Assembly: GCA_965645245.1 (NCBI GenBank)
Contig: OZ287085.1
Coordinates: 248,001 to 312,000 of the forward strand
Reading direction: 5' to 3'
DNA length: 64,000 nt
DNA from: Massalongia carnosa
Lineage: Eukaryota
Below, in pieces: positions 12,196-25,722 of this stretch (positions are counted from its first letter, which is position 1; every line of letters starts with the position of its first letter). The notes below the pieces were generated by a model. It had not been told where the DNA came from, did no database searches, and saw only the letters and a program-made list of their open reading frames with translations. Both the position numbers and the translations under genes were made by a program.

Positions 12196-15100
12196 AATCG
12201 ACCGACGTGCACAGCTGTTTGCGGTAACCTTGTTTGCTTCGGACATGCATTAGATTATCTTACCATTCTCGGGGTAAATCTTGAAAGTATGCCTCTGCAC
12301 AAAGAACCTACATGAAGCCCCTTTTAGTTTTGAAATTAGTCGTTGTTATGTAAGGTCACTTAAATCAAAGATATGACTACAACTCAATTATTATACCACT
12401 CAGTAATTCTTGTGTTTATAAAAATATCTTATAATTTTTTATACTCTCAATTTCATAGAGGGGTGTGGGGAAACCTAGATTTTTATATTGCAAAGAGGTG
12501 TATGTCTTCTAGATATTTCGCTAGCACGTGTCTCTTTACCATCCACGCGGTTCCCAAAAAAAGCGGCAACGTGAGCAAAAATATAAGTTGCCAAAACTTC
12601 ATCAATTGCTTTCAGAAACCTTTCAAAAAAATTGATGACATGAAATAACTATCATCTTGTTATGTGACCTTTTTAGTTGCATTCACTGAGTAAATCTGTG
12701 ATGATAAAATGATTGTCATTGCGAGGTTCGTTTTCAATTTTGGTGAGGATTTCGCTTACACGTTGCCGCTTTTCCTCCACTTCTAGCTTCACAGCCTCTA
12801 CAAGGCGCCCTTGACTCTTAACACTTGTTCATTCCCAACTTTGACTAGATAACATGCCTAGTTATGTATTTCACTTCTACCCCGCCCTTGTGCACATGAC
12901 TTGCGAACTAGTCGACAAAATTAGTCTGAATCATCCGGGCAGAAATGTGACCCATCGGCCTGAGCGAGAAAAAGCGGGAAAAGGTTATCTTAAGCGAGTT
13001 CCCATACTCTGACACGGATATGCCTCGAATCCCTCCTTATCCAAGATCTTTTTCTTCTTTGAAGAGAAGGAGAAGTACTGCTAACAAATAGAGGAGGTAA
13101 CTATTGCTAACATAAATGGGGTACTTATAGCAATTCCCGAATTATATACTTGCGTAAACCTAAGTTAAGAAGCCGGTTCGTATTGAAGAGATTCGCTTCA
13201 TTTTCTCGATGATAAACGAAGCTTTACTGGTATTGATGGGCATAGATTGGTTGACCAATACTGAATCGAAGATTCTCACTCCTGGCACATCGATGGAGGC
13301 GCGGCTGACCTTGCATCCTGGAGACGCTGTGTAAACTCTGTATAGAACTTGACTCCTTACTGATGTGGGAGTGGCGCACTTGCTGTTCGAAATTTTCAGG
13401 CTCATTTCCAGAACTCGCAGCTTGCGACGGGGCGGCCTGTTGTAAAGACCAGTTCCTTGCCTTTTCTCCGAATATTATCGCGCCTTCAGCGACAATATTA
13501 CTGGGAGGTTGAATTTTACTTATGCCTAACATGCCCAATATTGTATCTCCAACAACCTGCTGCAGGGGGCTACAGCTGTCGTCCTCGCGACAATTGCAGA
13601 AGCTAAAGAGTGGTGCAGGTGAGTGCCAAAAGCAGCCGTGCGCAAGACTTTCACATGCTCTACTACTCCCCGCGCGGTCGGATAGCTTGTTAAGGCAGTC
13701 GATGGTAACGCAAAGGAAGTCTTGCCCAGTAGGTACAGATGACCATAAACGGCAAGTATCAGTATGAGGATCCTTTGGTATGATAACTTCGCCAACGCCT
13801 TTACAAAATAAAACGACTTCTATCTCCCGCATCAATTTGATCCAACCGCCATTATCATGGACATAAGTTTTCTTGAGCCTGAACGGAGGAACGCCATTCA
13901 CAACATCCATTAGTTCGCATCCGTGAAGAAAATTTTGCCACAACCAGGTTTTCCGACCCGGTTGCTCCACTTTAACTTAGTTGTAAGTTTACCCAGAGCT
14001 GCTCCAACAAATCTGAGAGTAGATATGGATTTCTGAAATCCTGGGGGCCGATCGTAATCTGACGATTACTCATGATAGCTTTATATGCTGCGGAAGCACC
14101 GTCCCAGGAAGATTCTATGTACGGCAAGTAGGTATTGTGGCCATCCATCATTATATGCAGATGCGCCATATGATAGAGGACACAGATCACTGGCACCATC
14201 CAGGCTCGCTTTTCGTCAGGATCATATAAAATTGACGGCATCCGTCGAGCCGTTGACAACATTGACTCAAATCGTTGCATGGGAAGCTCCGAAAAATTCT
14301 TTCGAGTACTTGTAATGGTCCAAGTTCCAGAGAATGATGGCCCGGCGTAGCCCAAGCCACTGCTTGCAATTCCGGCATTGAAGGAAGCGAATTTGGGTAT
14401 CTTCGAAATCTCAGGAGTCTTAGTGAAGCCACTTATGGTGTATCTACCTCCTTCTTGCGGACAAGCACCAAGTGTTATCCTTGCATTGCTACACCACCCA
14501 CAAAAATGTCTTCGATTCTTGAGGGTCTGAAAAAATGTTCTAATATCGAGATCGTTCTTGCATGTAGTAGGAACTGCAAGTGCAGATGTCTCCGGTAGAT
14601 CTTGAAGAGTTATTCCATCAGGATTAGAAGATGTGAACAGATGCCATTGTATAGAGTGGTCATCGAAAACCGATACTGGGATGAGAGCTGAGTGCAAGCC
14701 AATCAGAATAAAACTTCCAGCGCGGTTCAAAGGCTTCGCGTTCTCCGCAAGTTCGACCATCAATTCAAAGGTTAGTTCCAATCCAATTCCATGTTGTCTA
14801 GACGCAACTTCGAATCCAAACGCGACAACACTGTGACGAAAGAGGCCGTACCAGCATGGCCACTGGTCTTTGCTGTCCGCTCTTAGAGCGTCCTGGGTAA
14901 GTTTGAATGCAACGTCAGTCGAAGATTCTGCTTTCTCAATAAACACAGTTGAAATTGAGACTCCTTCAAATGAAGACCTTCGCATTGCCGCGGTCAGCCA
15001 AGCTAAAGCTGCGATGTAATCTACCAGAACCTCGATCGATCCTGATAATTGAACGGTGGCGCTGACAAGTCCTGTTGTAAGGTTTTGGGAGGAACTCCAA

Positions 15101-15629
15101 TTTATGAAAGCGCTCAGTCCGGCAGAATGAGCTAAAGGCGTCAGCTAAATAGGAAAGTTCCAGGAATAAGCCCTTTTCTTTTAACTCACCATCAATGATG
15201 CCTCCTCTCTCATTTACAGTCTTTTCCAAAGTTACCATAAGCAATGAGCTTAAGTGTGGCCAGCGCCATGACAAGTACTCTTTGCAGGTTGTTGCTTGAG
15301 CATGAACCCCGTTGGTCGTTAAAATTATCAACGAGCCCAGTGGCTGTCCATTTAAGCACTCTTGTTTGGTAAAACCAGGAATATCCCAGTCAATACTAAG
15401 AGAAATGCCATTTATTTTATTCGTCAAGTCTTTCTGAATGACTTCACTAATTACCTTTGGAAATGATTGAGGTTTGTCGGCGATTGCTGCACTGTGATCT
15501 GTCGATGCATAGTAATGTTCCACTTCCTTAGGGTCGGCGCCAATATCTTGGAGATCTGGTCTAGCTTGGAGCGTCTTATGATGGGGAATATCTAGGTTGA
15601 GAAAAGCTACGAGGACCTTGTTTGTTCGT

Positions 15630-16760
15630 TCGTGGTGTGGGCCGAAGATTGCCTCATAACCTTTTAGAGCTCATTTGTACATGTCTTCCGCCTCTTCCCG
15701 ATTGCCTTGAGCTCCATAGAGATTACCCAGATAATTGACCGTGTCGAGCGTCGATAAATGGTCCCGGCCTAAAGACTTCTCAAATCCATCCAGTGCCCAC
15801 AGATACATCTTTTCTGCCTCTGCCGGCTTGCCCTGATCCACGTATAGATTTCCCAGATTGTTGACTGTGTCGAGTGTCGATATGTGCTCAGGACCCAAGA
15901 CCTTTTCCTTTCCTGTCAATGCTCGAAAGTACATGTCTTCGGCTTCTTTCATCTTGCCTTGATCCGAGTACAGAAGTCCCAGGTTGTTGACTGTGCTCAG
16001 TGTCGATGTGTGCTCAGGACCCCAGTCCTTTTCATATCCTGTCAATGCTCGAAAGTACATGTCTTCGGCTTCTTTCATCTTGCCTTGATCTGAGTACAGA
16101 AGTCCCAGATTATTGACTGTGTCGAGTGTCGATGTGTGCTCAGGACCCAAGATCTTTTCCTTTCCTGTCAATGCTCGCAAGTACATGTCTTCGGCTTCTT
16201 TCATCTTGCCTTGATCCGAGTACAGAAGTCCCAGATTGTTGACTGTCATGAGTGTCGATGTGTGCTCAGGACCCCAGGCCTTTTCGTATCCTGCTAATGC
16301 TCGCAAGTACATGTCTTCGGCTTTCTTCATCTTGCCTTGATCCGAGTACATATTTCCCAGATTATTGACTGTGCTTAGCGTCGATGTGTGCTCAGGACCC
16401 CAGGTCTTTTCCTTTTCTGTCAATGCTCGCAAGTAGATGTCTTCGGCCTCCTTCCATCGTCCTTGATTCAAGTACGTCGACGCGAGGTTGGCCATGCTGC
16501 TCAGTGTGTCTGGATGCTCTGCTCCGAGCGTTCTCTCAGAAATCTCTAGCACTTGCCGCTGGAGCTTTTCAGCCCCTTTCCATTGTCCTTGATCGCTGTA
16601 TGTACAAGCCAGATTGCCCATACTCGTTAGTGTAGATGGATGCTCTGCTCCGAGCGTTCTCTCAGAAATCTCTAGCACTTGCCGCTGGAGCTTTTCAGCT
16701 TCTTTCCATTGTCCTTGATCGCTGTATGTACTAGCCAGATTGGCCATACTCGTTAGTGTA
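15630..16760 (-). repeat. 126-bp (42-aa) TPR tandem array, 9 copies of two subtypes
   Basis: Units TLTSMANLASTYxxQGxWKEAE...GAEHP and TLxTVNNLGxLYSDQGKMKEAEDMYxRAL...GPEHTS. Confidence 0.95.
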
Positions 16761-17790
16761 TTGTCATACTTTCCGCCTTGCGCGTTAACGTCGACCCCCT
16801 TATTCAACAACAATTGCACCACCTTCTCGTGACCTCCGAATGATGCCGCCTGCAGCGCATTGTCAAATTCTCCGCCTTGCGCGTTAACGTCTGCCCCCTT
16901 ATTCAACAACAATTGCATCACCTCCTCGTGACCTTTCAATGATGCCGCCTGCAGCGCATTGCCATACTTTCCGCCTTGCGTGTGAACGTTCGCTTCGTTA
17001 TTCAACAACAATTGCATCACCTTCTCGTGACCTCCGAATGATGCCGCCTGCAGCGCATTGTCAAATTCTCCGCCTTGCGCGTTAACGTCCGCCCCCTTAT
17101 TCAACAACAATTGCACTATCTTTTCGTGACCTTTCAATGATGCCGCCTGCAGCGCATTGTCATACTTTCCGCCTTGCGCGTTAACGTCGACCCCCTTATT
17201 CAACAACAATTGCACCACCTTCTCGTGACCTCCGAATGATGCCGCCTGCAGCGCATTGTCAAATTCTCCGCCTTGCGCGTTAACGTTCGCCCCCTTATTC
17301 AACAATAATTGCATCACTTTCTCGTGACCTTCCGATGATGCCGCCTGCAGCGCATTGTCGTAATATCCTCCTTGCGCGTTAACGTTCGCCCCCTTGTTCA
17401 ACAACAATTGCACTATCTTTTCATGACCTTCGAATGATGCCGCCTGCAGCGCATTGCCATACTTTCCGCCTTGCGCGTTAATGTTCGCCCCCTTGTTCAA
17501 CAACAATTGCACCATCTTCTCGTGACCATATAATGATGCTGCCAGCAGCGCATTGCCATGATGTCCGCCTTGCGCGTGAACGTCTGCCCTCTTATTCAAC
17601 AACAACTGCACCACTTTCTCGTGACCTCTCAATGATGCTGCCTGCAGCGCATTGCCGAAAAATCCGCCTTGCGCGTTAACGTTCGCCCCCTTGTTCAACA
17701 ACAATTGCACTATCTTTTCATTACCATTCAATAATGCCGCCTGCAGCGCATTGCCATATGTTCCGCCTTGCGCGTTAACGTCCGCTCCTT
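16760..17790 (-). repeat. 99-bp (33-aa) high-identity ankyrin tandem array, ~10 copies
   Basis: The unit xxxNALQAASxxGHEKxVQLLLNKGAxVNAQGG is visible at both DNA and protein level. Confidence 0.95.
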
Positions 17791-20700
17791 TGTTCAACAG
17801 AATCATGATAATAGAAAGATGACCGTTATTAGCTGCGATCTGTAGCAATGATTCATCTTTTGTATTACGCGTCTCAACATCGAAAACCGCCGTTTCCCAC
17901 CAATCGGATAGGATTTTATTGAACCCAAACGCCGATGCTGCCAGCAAAGTCGATGAAGATGGACTGAGCGCATCACGAAATTTATAGACCAGACTGCTAT
18001 ATAAACCGTACTTAGAAAAAAGTCATAATTGTGTACATCTTTAGCTATCATTTCTTGCCAACTCTTATATGCAGGGCCGCTTTCGTTAAGGGATCCAAGG
18101 AATTGCTTTAAAATTGTCGATAAACGAGAATCAATACTTTCTTCCCCGTGATTTTGTACGTGATCTGCCCACAAATATCTTGCGTAACGAACAATGTCGT
18201 TGAATTCTTTGTTTCCGTCTTGCGACTCTGTATCCCGTTTTTGTTGAACCGAGTCATTCAACAAAGACAGACATACTTTCGCTATGAGAGCATTCGCATC
18301 ATGAGAACTCCAGTGTTTTTCTAAATACTCCTGGACAGATAAGTGGGAAAATCGACAAATACTTGGCTGGGAATCCACAACAATTAGGTTCTGACAAGCG
18401 TCGAGAACAAAATCGATATTGATATCCACAGCGTCAATGACGTTCGTGTTGGAATCTTGACAAACTCCAGCGACTAATGTTGCTGGCGATAAGGGAACAG
18501 CGGAATACATGATCCATTGAAATGCACGGTTGGCAATATCGGGCGCACTTCCACCTTGAGCCTGAATTCTTCGATATATTTCATCATATGCCTCGTCGAG
18601 ATCCTTGGGAAGTTTGCCTAGTCGCTCTTCAATATCGCGTCTACGGGGCGGGAGTTTATGTAGTTGACGAATCTGAAGTGATGCCCACTGAAACCTATTC
18701 TAATCTTAGAGGAAAATCAACATTAGCGGCCGAGATTTATAGAAACTTACATTCCATCGCTTTTGCTCACTAACGTCTCCGAGATAAGCTCTCTAAGTTC
18801 GGAACTTATTTCGCAGTACCACTCCGGTTTATCGATGATCTTATCGTCGACAAACTTTGCTATGTCTTTCTCATTATCCGTTGCCTTGATCTCCATGTTT
18901 GGTCCACCTTTAAGTCGGTGTTTGATATCTAGATCTGGCCGGCTGGAGATGAAAACTTTTACCAAGTTAGAAGACTTGCCGCTGACCAAGTTGTCTAACA
19001 TTTTCATGAAAGAGGCTCTCGTTTCCTTGTTGCACTCATCCAAAGCGTCCAAAACTAACGTGATTTGTGGATAAGTTTCCGTCAGCTGAAGAAGAAGATC
19101 GAAACTTTCCTCAATCTTGAGCCCTCCTGAGGCAAAGCAATTTCTTTGTGCTATTTCATACTTTTGAACAATAAGACGCTGAATCGTGTTGGTGCTTTCG
19201 ACCCATGACAGTTGTCGGACAAAGCTGCTCATTATTAGGGCTGGGTCTTGACGGTCAGGCTGATTGCGATCGCAATAAAAGTAGGCCAGCGCCTCGTCAT
19301 TCGATTGCCGAGTAAAAGTGGTAATCAAGTTATCGACGACTGTCGACACAAGTTTAGTTTTGCCAGCGCCAGCTAACGGATATAGTCAGTAAGGATGCTA
19401 GATATGGCATATAGACTTACGCATTCCGTGCAGCCATAATATTGTCGATGCGCTAGACGCACGCCATTCTACATATCGTTCATGATCCAGCAACCACTTT
19501 CCTGTTCCGTTTGTCCATCCTTTGCGAGCAACATAGTGGATTTCCTCGTATGGAATGTGGGATACCCAAGAAAGTATTTTATTTCGCTTGTCCACTTCAT
19601 ACCCATCGCTCAAAGTACGCACTCGGTCATCGACACGCAAGATTGGAATTTTCAAATCTTCTCGCAAGCTCTCAAGCTTCGTATTTGTTTCCCGATCTTG
19701 TATGCGATCTAAATTTCTTGCCTCCGTATCTGCTTGCGCTTCTAAGTCTTTACAAGTCTCGACAAACCCAAGAACTTCCGGACTTAACAAATTTCCAGGA
19801 TTCGAGAAACAAAGCTTCGATCGTACAACTGCTTCGAACGGGCCAAGAATCTTAATATAGCGCTATACAAAGCTACCAATGCCGTTTTCAGGTTCGCCGT
19901 GGCCGGTGTGACCGATTCGAATGGCTTAGGACGAAGGTAAAGGAGCTCATATATAGTGCACCGATTGATAAGTTGCGTCACCTTCTCTCCGCCAATAAGT
20001 AAAGCTGCCATCAACTCGCTTTCTCCTACAGCAATCTTCTCCAGAGTCAGGTCTTTTCAATTCATGTCAAAGAAGGATCCATTCTTACCTGAAGCAAAAA
20101 CCTGACTCCCGCCCATGGCAACGCAGCATGAACAGGATTAAAATTTACCACGACGTCTCCAATTTCCTTGAATTTGTTGAGTCCAACGATGATTTTCTCT
20201 GCTAAATCGCGAAGGATTATCTCTTGGCCTTGAAGATTAAATTTCCATCGTTTCTTGAGGCATTCTTCTCGCTTCTGCTGAACAACATCGCGTAACTGTT
20301 CCACGATCTCTAGTTTCGGATCCAGGTTGATCTGTTGAATTGCCTCTTTCTCCTTCGACGACAGTTTCTGCAGTGCAAAGTTCCAAAGATTATTCTGAAC
20401 ATCCTTATCTTGCGCACCCGCTGAGGAAGATGCTTTGATCGGTTTCGCCTCTTCAGTTGAATTCGGAGCAGACCCAGATTTCGGATTCACCTTGACAGTT
20501 GACGTTGGAATAGAGGCAGAATCAGGTTTCGTTGTTTTTGATGTGGAAGATTCTTCCGGAGGAGTTCCAGTAGAGTCCTGTTTTGCCTTATCAGCTTTGT
20601 GACTAAACAAGGACCTAACATTTTCTTTCAATCGCTCCCGTTTTCCTTCACGCGCCGGGCTTGCCATCGGATCCTGCTCTAGTAATTATAACAGTAGATT

Positions 20701-21390
20701 GAACAATATAACATAGGGCTTTGGCCTGGCGACAGTGGAGTCAAGAAATGGATGCTGAGCTGTAATGATGATCAAGAGAGTGTTGAGAAAGATGGGCGCA
20801 GCCTGCTTTTGCTTAGCAATGATTGGTTCGGCACATCATGCATTGGAGCGCATCTGGGCGGCGGAGTCAAGACACATCATCGCCAATGAAATCCGAGGCA
20901 TGCCCGCCATCGTTGGTCAATCAGATAAGGCTATATGTTGTTGCGCGTAAGAGACCGTCTTACAAGTAATAAGACACTTATGCCTCAAGCGATCCATCAA
21001 GTTCATAACAACCTACTAATTATTCAATCTCTCCGGGTAAATATAGCGAGGTTCTAACGCTGCTCGTCTGAAGAGCCGACTTTGTCGAATACGATACCCA
21101 TAGATCCATTCTTCTATGAGCACTAACTTAAGCATTCGCCCAACTCTATATCACAACTTTCTCGTCTTGTGCGCAACAGCGCAACATCAACAGAATGGAT
21201 TCGGTTTTTAGAAATACTGGTCTCTATGATAACATACATAAGACTCTTCGCTAGTCGCTAAAGCGCAGCATGTTTCTCCAAGAGGTTCGGATCGTGACAG
21301 TAGAGTACTGCCTCTTCTTTTGACATTGTACTTGTTATCACAACCGCCCGTGCTCTGTACTGCATCTTGAGCTTCTCTTCCATCAGTTGG

Positions 21391-22290
21391 TCATGACCAA
21401 AGGTGTTCCTCTAATCCTAACTTTGCGCCAAGAAACCCAATCTTCAGCAGGTTGTTGTCGACAGTCTCCTGCTTGTAGGCCTCCAGCCCGTCGAGATCCC
21501 AGTTCTCACTGATAAAGCTAACACTTAGACAATCGGCTTTGGGCGTCGCAAGGTAAAGCGTAACGCCGCCGGTTTGAATACCTCTGCCAATGGCAAATAG
21601 GGCCATGAAGCCGACTACCGCACTGTGGTCGGTGTTTGTTACATCGACGATACTATATTGGAATGGACGTTGAACATACGGAAGTTTAGCTTTTCTTTTC
21701 CGGAATTAGCTGGGCGATATCACAGAGGACCACGGCTTACCGGCGGCGAGGTATTCATCAAGGCTAATGAAAGCCAGCTTGCTGTCCGAGTTAGCGCTAA
21801 TACCCCAATTGCTGAAAGCCGCACTCAAGCTGACGAGATTAATGAAGGTTTCCTCGCCATCTTCCGCGCGGACGAAGTAGTGTATGAGAATGCAGATGCT
21901 TTTCACATTAAATTCGTAGTCATCGAATCACGCGTTCGACTTCAGTTCTCCAATCAGTCCGCCCGTCATCGTCGCGGCAGCATGAGCAACGACATTAACT
22001 TTGCCAAACTCTGCTCTTCATTGTCGAACAGCGCCTTTACGTCCGATTCGGAAGTGATGCCCCCAACGATGGCGAGGTTTTTGGTGCTGCTACTGATGGA
22101 CTTGATTGCAAAAGCAGGTTCTTCGAGCAGAGAGGCATGGCGGTCGGAAAAGACGATTCCCAGTGCGCCGGCTTGGGCCCAGGCTCTGACGATCTTCTTA
22201 ATGACCCATTAGAAGCTGACTAGAGCATGCGAAGACTTACTCCGCCAAGACTATCTACGCATCAGGATAAGAATTGTCTTCATGCCGGTC
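21391..22290 (-). pseudogene. Short-chain dehydrogenase/reductase pseudogene
   Basis: Fragments ...IVRAWAQAGA..., FGKVNVV, TFINLVS...ISANSDSKLA...EYL resemble an SDR; stops and frameshifts throughout. Confidence 0.55.
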
Positions 22291-22895
22291 TTTGGGTCAA
22301 CTATCGGATATATTTCCCGTTGCAGACTCTTAGTGAGCTGAAAAGAAGTGATAAAGGCATCCAAATTCATGATGTTGGACGTTGCAATCAGTGAGCATAA
22401 GGCTTGAAGGATATGCTACAAGTGATTTGTGCGGAAAATAACATTTACATAAGTCTAGGGAATAATATTTATACTGACCCATCGAGCTGACGGAGGTTTT
22501 TCCTTCATTTCTCAACCTTCTACTTGATAATAGGAAGATAGTGCGGGTGCACAGAAAGACTTCATAGAAAAGGAAAGGTGCGGTAGGCCATGTTTCACGA
22601 GCAACCTGTCGTTTAAGGAAAAGTGTAATTATTACAAAACGCTTTGATCTCATGTTCTACGGATAGGAAACCCATTCTGCTTGACTTGCAGAAGACATAA
22701 AACGTTTCAAAATATGTGCGGAGTATGACAAGATCCCGCAACTCCGAATGTTTCCTTCTCTAAATTCCGTTCATCTAGACGGGCCTGTCATTGTTCAAAG
22801 GCAGATTTTGCTTCTCTGTTTATTCGCTTAGTACCGACTGGGCTGAACGGGATCTTTGAGGTGCAGGGCTATGGGTTCATGGATAGACTTAAGAG

Positions 22896-24316
22896 ATGGA
22901 TGTTTGGATTCTCGTTCGGACAGAGCCACGTGCTCGTTCGACTCTCTGTTACTTTTGTTATGAAGTTCTTCCTTTGTATTGCTTGTGCAACCACCCTTGC
23001 GACAGGCTACGCAGATGCCTTCTACATCTTATGTCTAGAAATGTTCCAGAAGCATCCCCAGCGGACACTAGAGCGTTACCTCCATATCCCTCAAGTAAAA
23101 ACGAATACAAGACTACTGGGACAAGTCCTGCAAAACGCTGTACGACTTTTATTTTCGAATACTGTAAATGGCCGCTAATTCGAGTGATAAAGAATAGTGT
23201 ATATATCATGCAGATGAATGTGGGCGATACAACACTTCGATTTGTGGTAGACACTGGGAACCGCTATACCATTATCCAAACAACTCAAGATAGTTTCTGT
23301 CAGCGGGATGCGAATCACTGTTCCAACTATGGCGCTCGCTATTCATAAGTGGAGGAATCTGAGTCCATCGGCGACTTTTTACTCGAAATTTGACAACGGT
23401 ATGACTACAAGTGGCAAGATAGTCACGTCAGCCTTCACTTTGGACGGCCAAAAAAAAATTGAAGGCGTTCGATTCGGTGTCCCCAAAACCTTGTCCGAAT
23501 TCGGAGAAAATATCTTGGGTCTTGATTATCGTGATGGCGAGAGGGCCGACTATCAATATACAAATTTTCCGCAAGTCATCAAAGATCAGGGTTTAAACAA
23601 AACAGCTTCATACAATTTGTGGCTCAATACGGTCAGCGCTTCACACGGGTCGGCTTTGTTTGGCGGAATCAGCACATCCAACTTCAAGGGAAAACCGACA
23701 ACGTTGAGAAGCGGAATCGAGGGCGATCGATACAAAGAATTTGATCTTGAAGTGAAAGGAGTTCCTTTTGCGGACAAGAAGCTCATCGAAAATTTATCGA
23801 TCTCGCTGGACTGAGGTTACAGCACCACTTCCTTTCCTACACATGTTGTCAGATGTATTTGGGACGCAGCGGGCATTGGCGCTGATTAAGTTGACGAAAA
23901 CCTGCAGCTCCCAATTGTTGATTGTCATTTTGATCATTCGCTTTCTTCATTTTGATCAACTTCGGTGCCGTTAAAGTCCAGACCCCCTTTTCGGGACTCG
24001 ATGTATGTACGCTAGGAATAGCGGCGAATGATAAGTCCTCCGTTTTTGATATTACATTTATGCGAATATATACACCGTCTACGACCTCGATAACTTCGAG
24101 ATTTCCCCCTTGCAAGCCAACAACAACCCTGGACAAAGCCACATTGTCGAGCTGGGTGATGGCGGGGTTCGCAAAGTAGCAGAGGTAGCCGTCGTCGACA
24201 CTCTAGATGCACTCACCCCGGATCCCGAGGCGGATCAGATGACGACCACGGACGGATCGGATACATCGACTGAGACGAACAATCACGATCCTATACTTCC
24301 GTCGTCACCCAAGTAG
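22896..24316 (+). pseudogene. Pepsin-family (yapsin-like) aspartic protease pseudogene
   Basis: YIMQMNVG...VVDTG, ILGL, NFPQVIKDQGL...YNLWLN...GSALFGGI, spread over several frames. Confidence 0.8.
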
Positions 24317-25722
24317 CAAGTCGGGGAGACTCGCAATAATCAAGCAGCAACGTAGGCGAAAGCCCGTTGTTTCCAGGATTCACAAAAAGCACTCTGATCA
24401 ACCAAGACACGACATCAAATTCCGCAACATCTAATCTCATCGATCCCAGTCCCGAGCTTAAGAAGACATTATTAGATTCGTCCGCCCCTTGGAAGTAAAT
24501 GACCCTGAGAACATGAATCTAGTCAGCGCATTCAGCCCTAGCTTCAACGACAAAATAACTTCAGAATCGATCATCTCACAATCAAATCAAGGCGAATCCG
24601 CCGGAAGCAACGCCTTCAACTAGCAAGGCTTGTTTGACGTCTCGCAGTTCCGATTTCTAGCGAAAGAGAATAACCCCGAGCATTCAATATCGACGACTGA
24701 TAAAGCGCCGGTAGTTGAAAACGAGAATGTAGCATGGGACATTAAATCGGCAGGGGGGGGGGAATTCAACTCCGGTTCCGCCCTCTGGATCGGGGTTGTT
24801 GATTGGTCATTTATCGAACGGAAGCTTATACTTACTTATAGTACGATAGCTATTGCTGCGAATATTATCAGTTCGGCTCTATCATCAGTTCGCGGATCAT
24901 CACTTGAATTATCTCTTCTTTTTTTAATTTTTATTCGGGTGCTAGTTATAGTACAAAGGAGGCTTATCGTTATGTCTGCAGGCTTAGGCTTCGCTTGTCA
25001 TATTTTACATGTATTGGAAGAGAGGAGGATTATGACTTGAAGAGGTCATTCGTCGATTGCTTCTCGCGATATCGGAGTTTGACTGGTTTGATTAGATTGG
25101 TTTCGTACATAGTTTCTAGGGGCGCTATACATTGTTCATGACCTGATGGAGACCAGAGCTACACCGGTGCTGTCATCCTCGTCTCTCTTGTCTTCGTCCT
25201 TTTTCTGTATTTCCTTCTTCGCCAGCTCTCTCTCCCTTCTTCGCTGCTTTTTCGCCTTTGCCTTTTCTCTCCGGGCAATATTGGACGCATCAGTGTCAGG
25301 TCGTTGAAGAACCACCGAGCCCCCTCCTGGGCGCCAGTGGAGGGTATACCACGAGTTCGCTGCCCTCAATGCGGGGGTGGACAGACGAATCGTGACGTGC
25401 TCGACCTCGTTGTAATCCCATTGGCTGGTGGTTGCGTGGAGGCCGTTGCTGTTCCCCGTCTTATTCGCACGCGGTGCAGTGATTGATGCTATGAAGAGGA
25501 CTACTTACAGGACGAGAGCTTCGTCGAACGTGATTGCTGTCTGAGTCCAGGCGTTTCGGCTGCCCACCTCGACGCTGTGCGTAGGATGAAGGTTGAACCA
25601 CACGGTGAAATCCGTCTCGTATGCTGCTCTGAACTGCGCATCGCATCCTGTCTGCCATTTGACGGTGGTTGTGCTGGCCATCTTGTAGATATGAGTAGCG
25701 GGACGGTTTGAAACGAAGGAGG

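Larger units (their letters stand above)
13224..20667 (-). pseudogene. NLR: helical N-terminal domain (NACHT_N/Goodbye-like) - NACHT - ankyrin repeats - TPR repeats - uncharacterised C-terminal domain; several lesions
   Basis: HAALPWAGVRFLLQ; GTGKWLL...ILWLHG; Walker A GAGKT; Walker B LVLDALDEC; KVFISSR; GMFQWASLQI; FSHLSVQEYL; ~11 ANK and 9 TPR repeats. Introns near 20088, 19420, 18750 and 15189. Frameshifts near 19795, 18015 and 13972; in-frame TGA at 15671-15673. Confidence 0.85.

Noticed and set aside
25136..25660. Small minus-strand hypothetical gene with a Lys/Arg-rich C-terminus
   Set aside because: No motif, and the exon structure could not be established.
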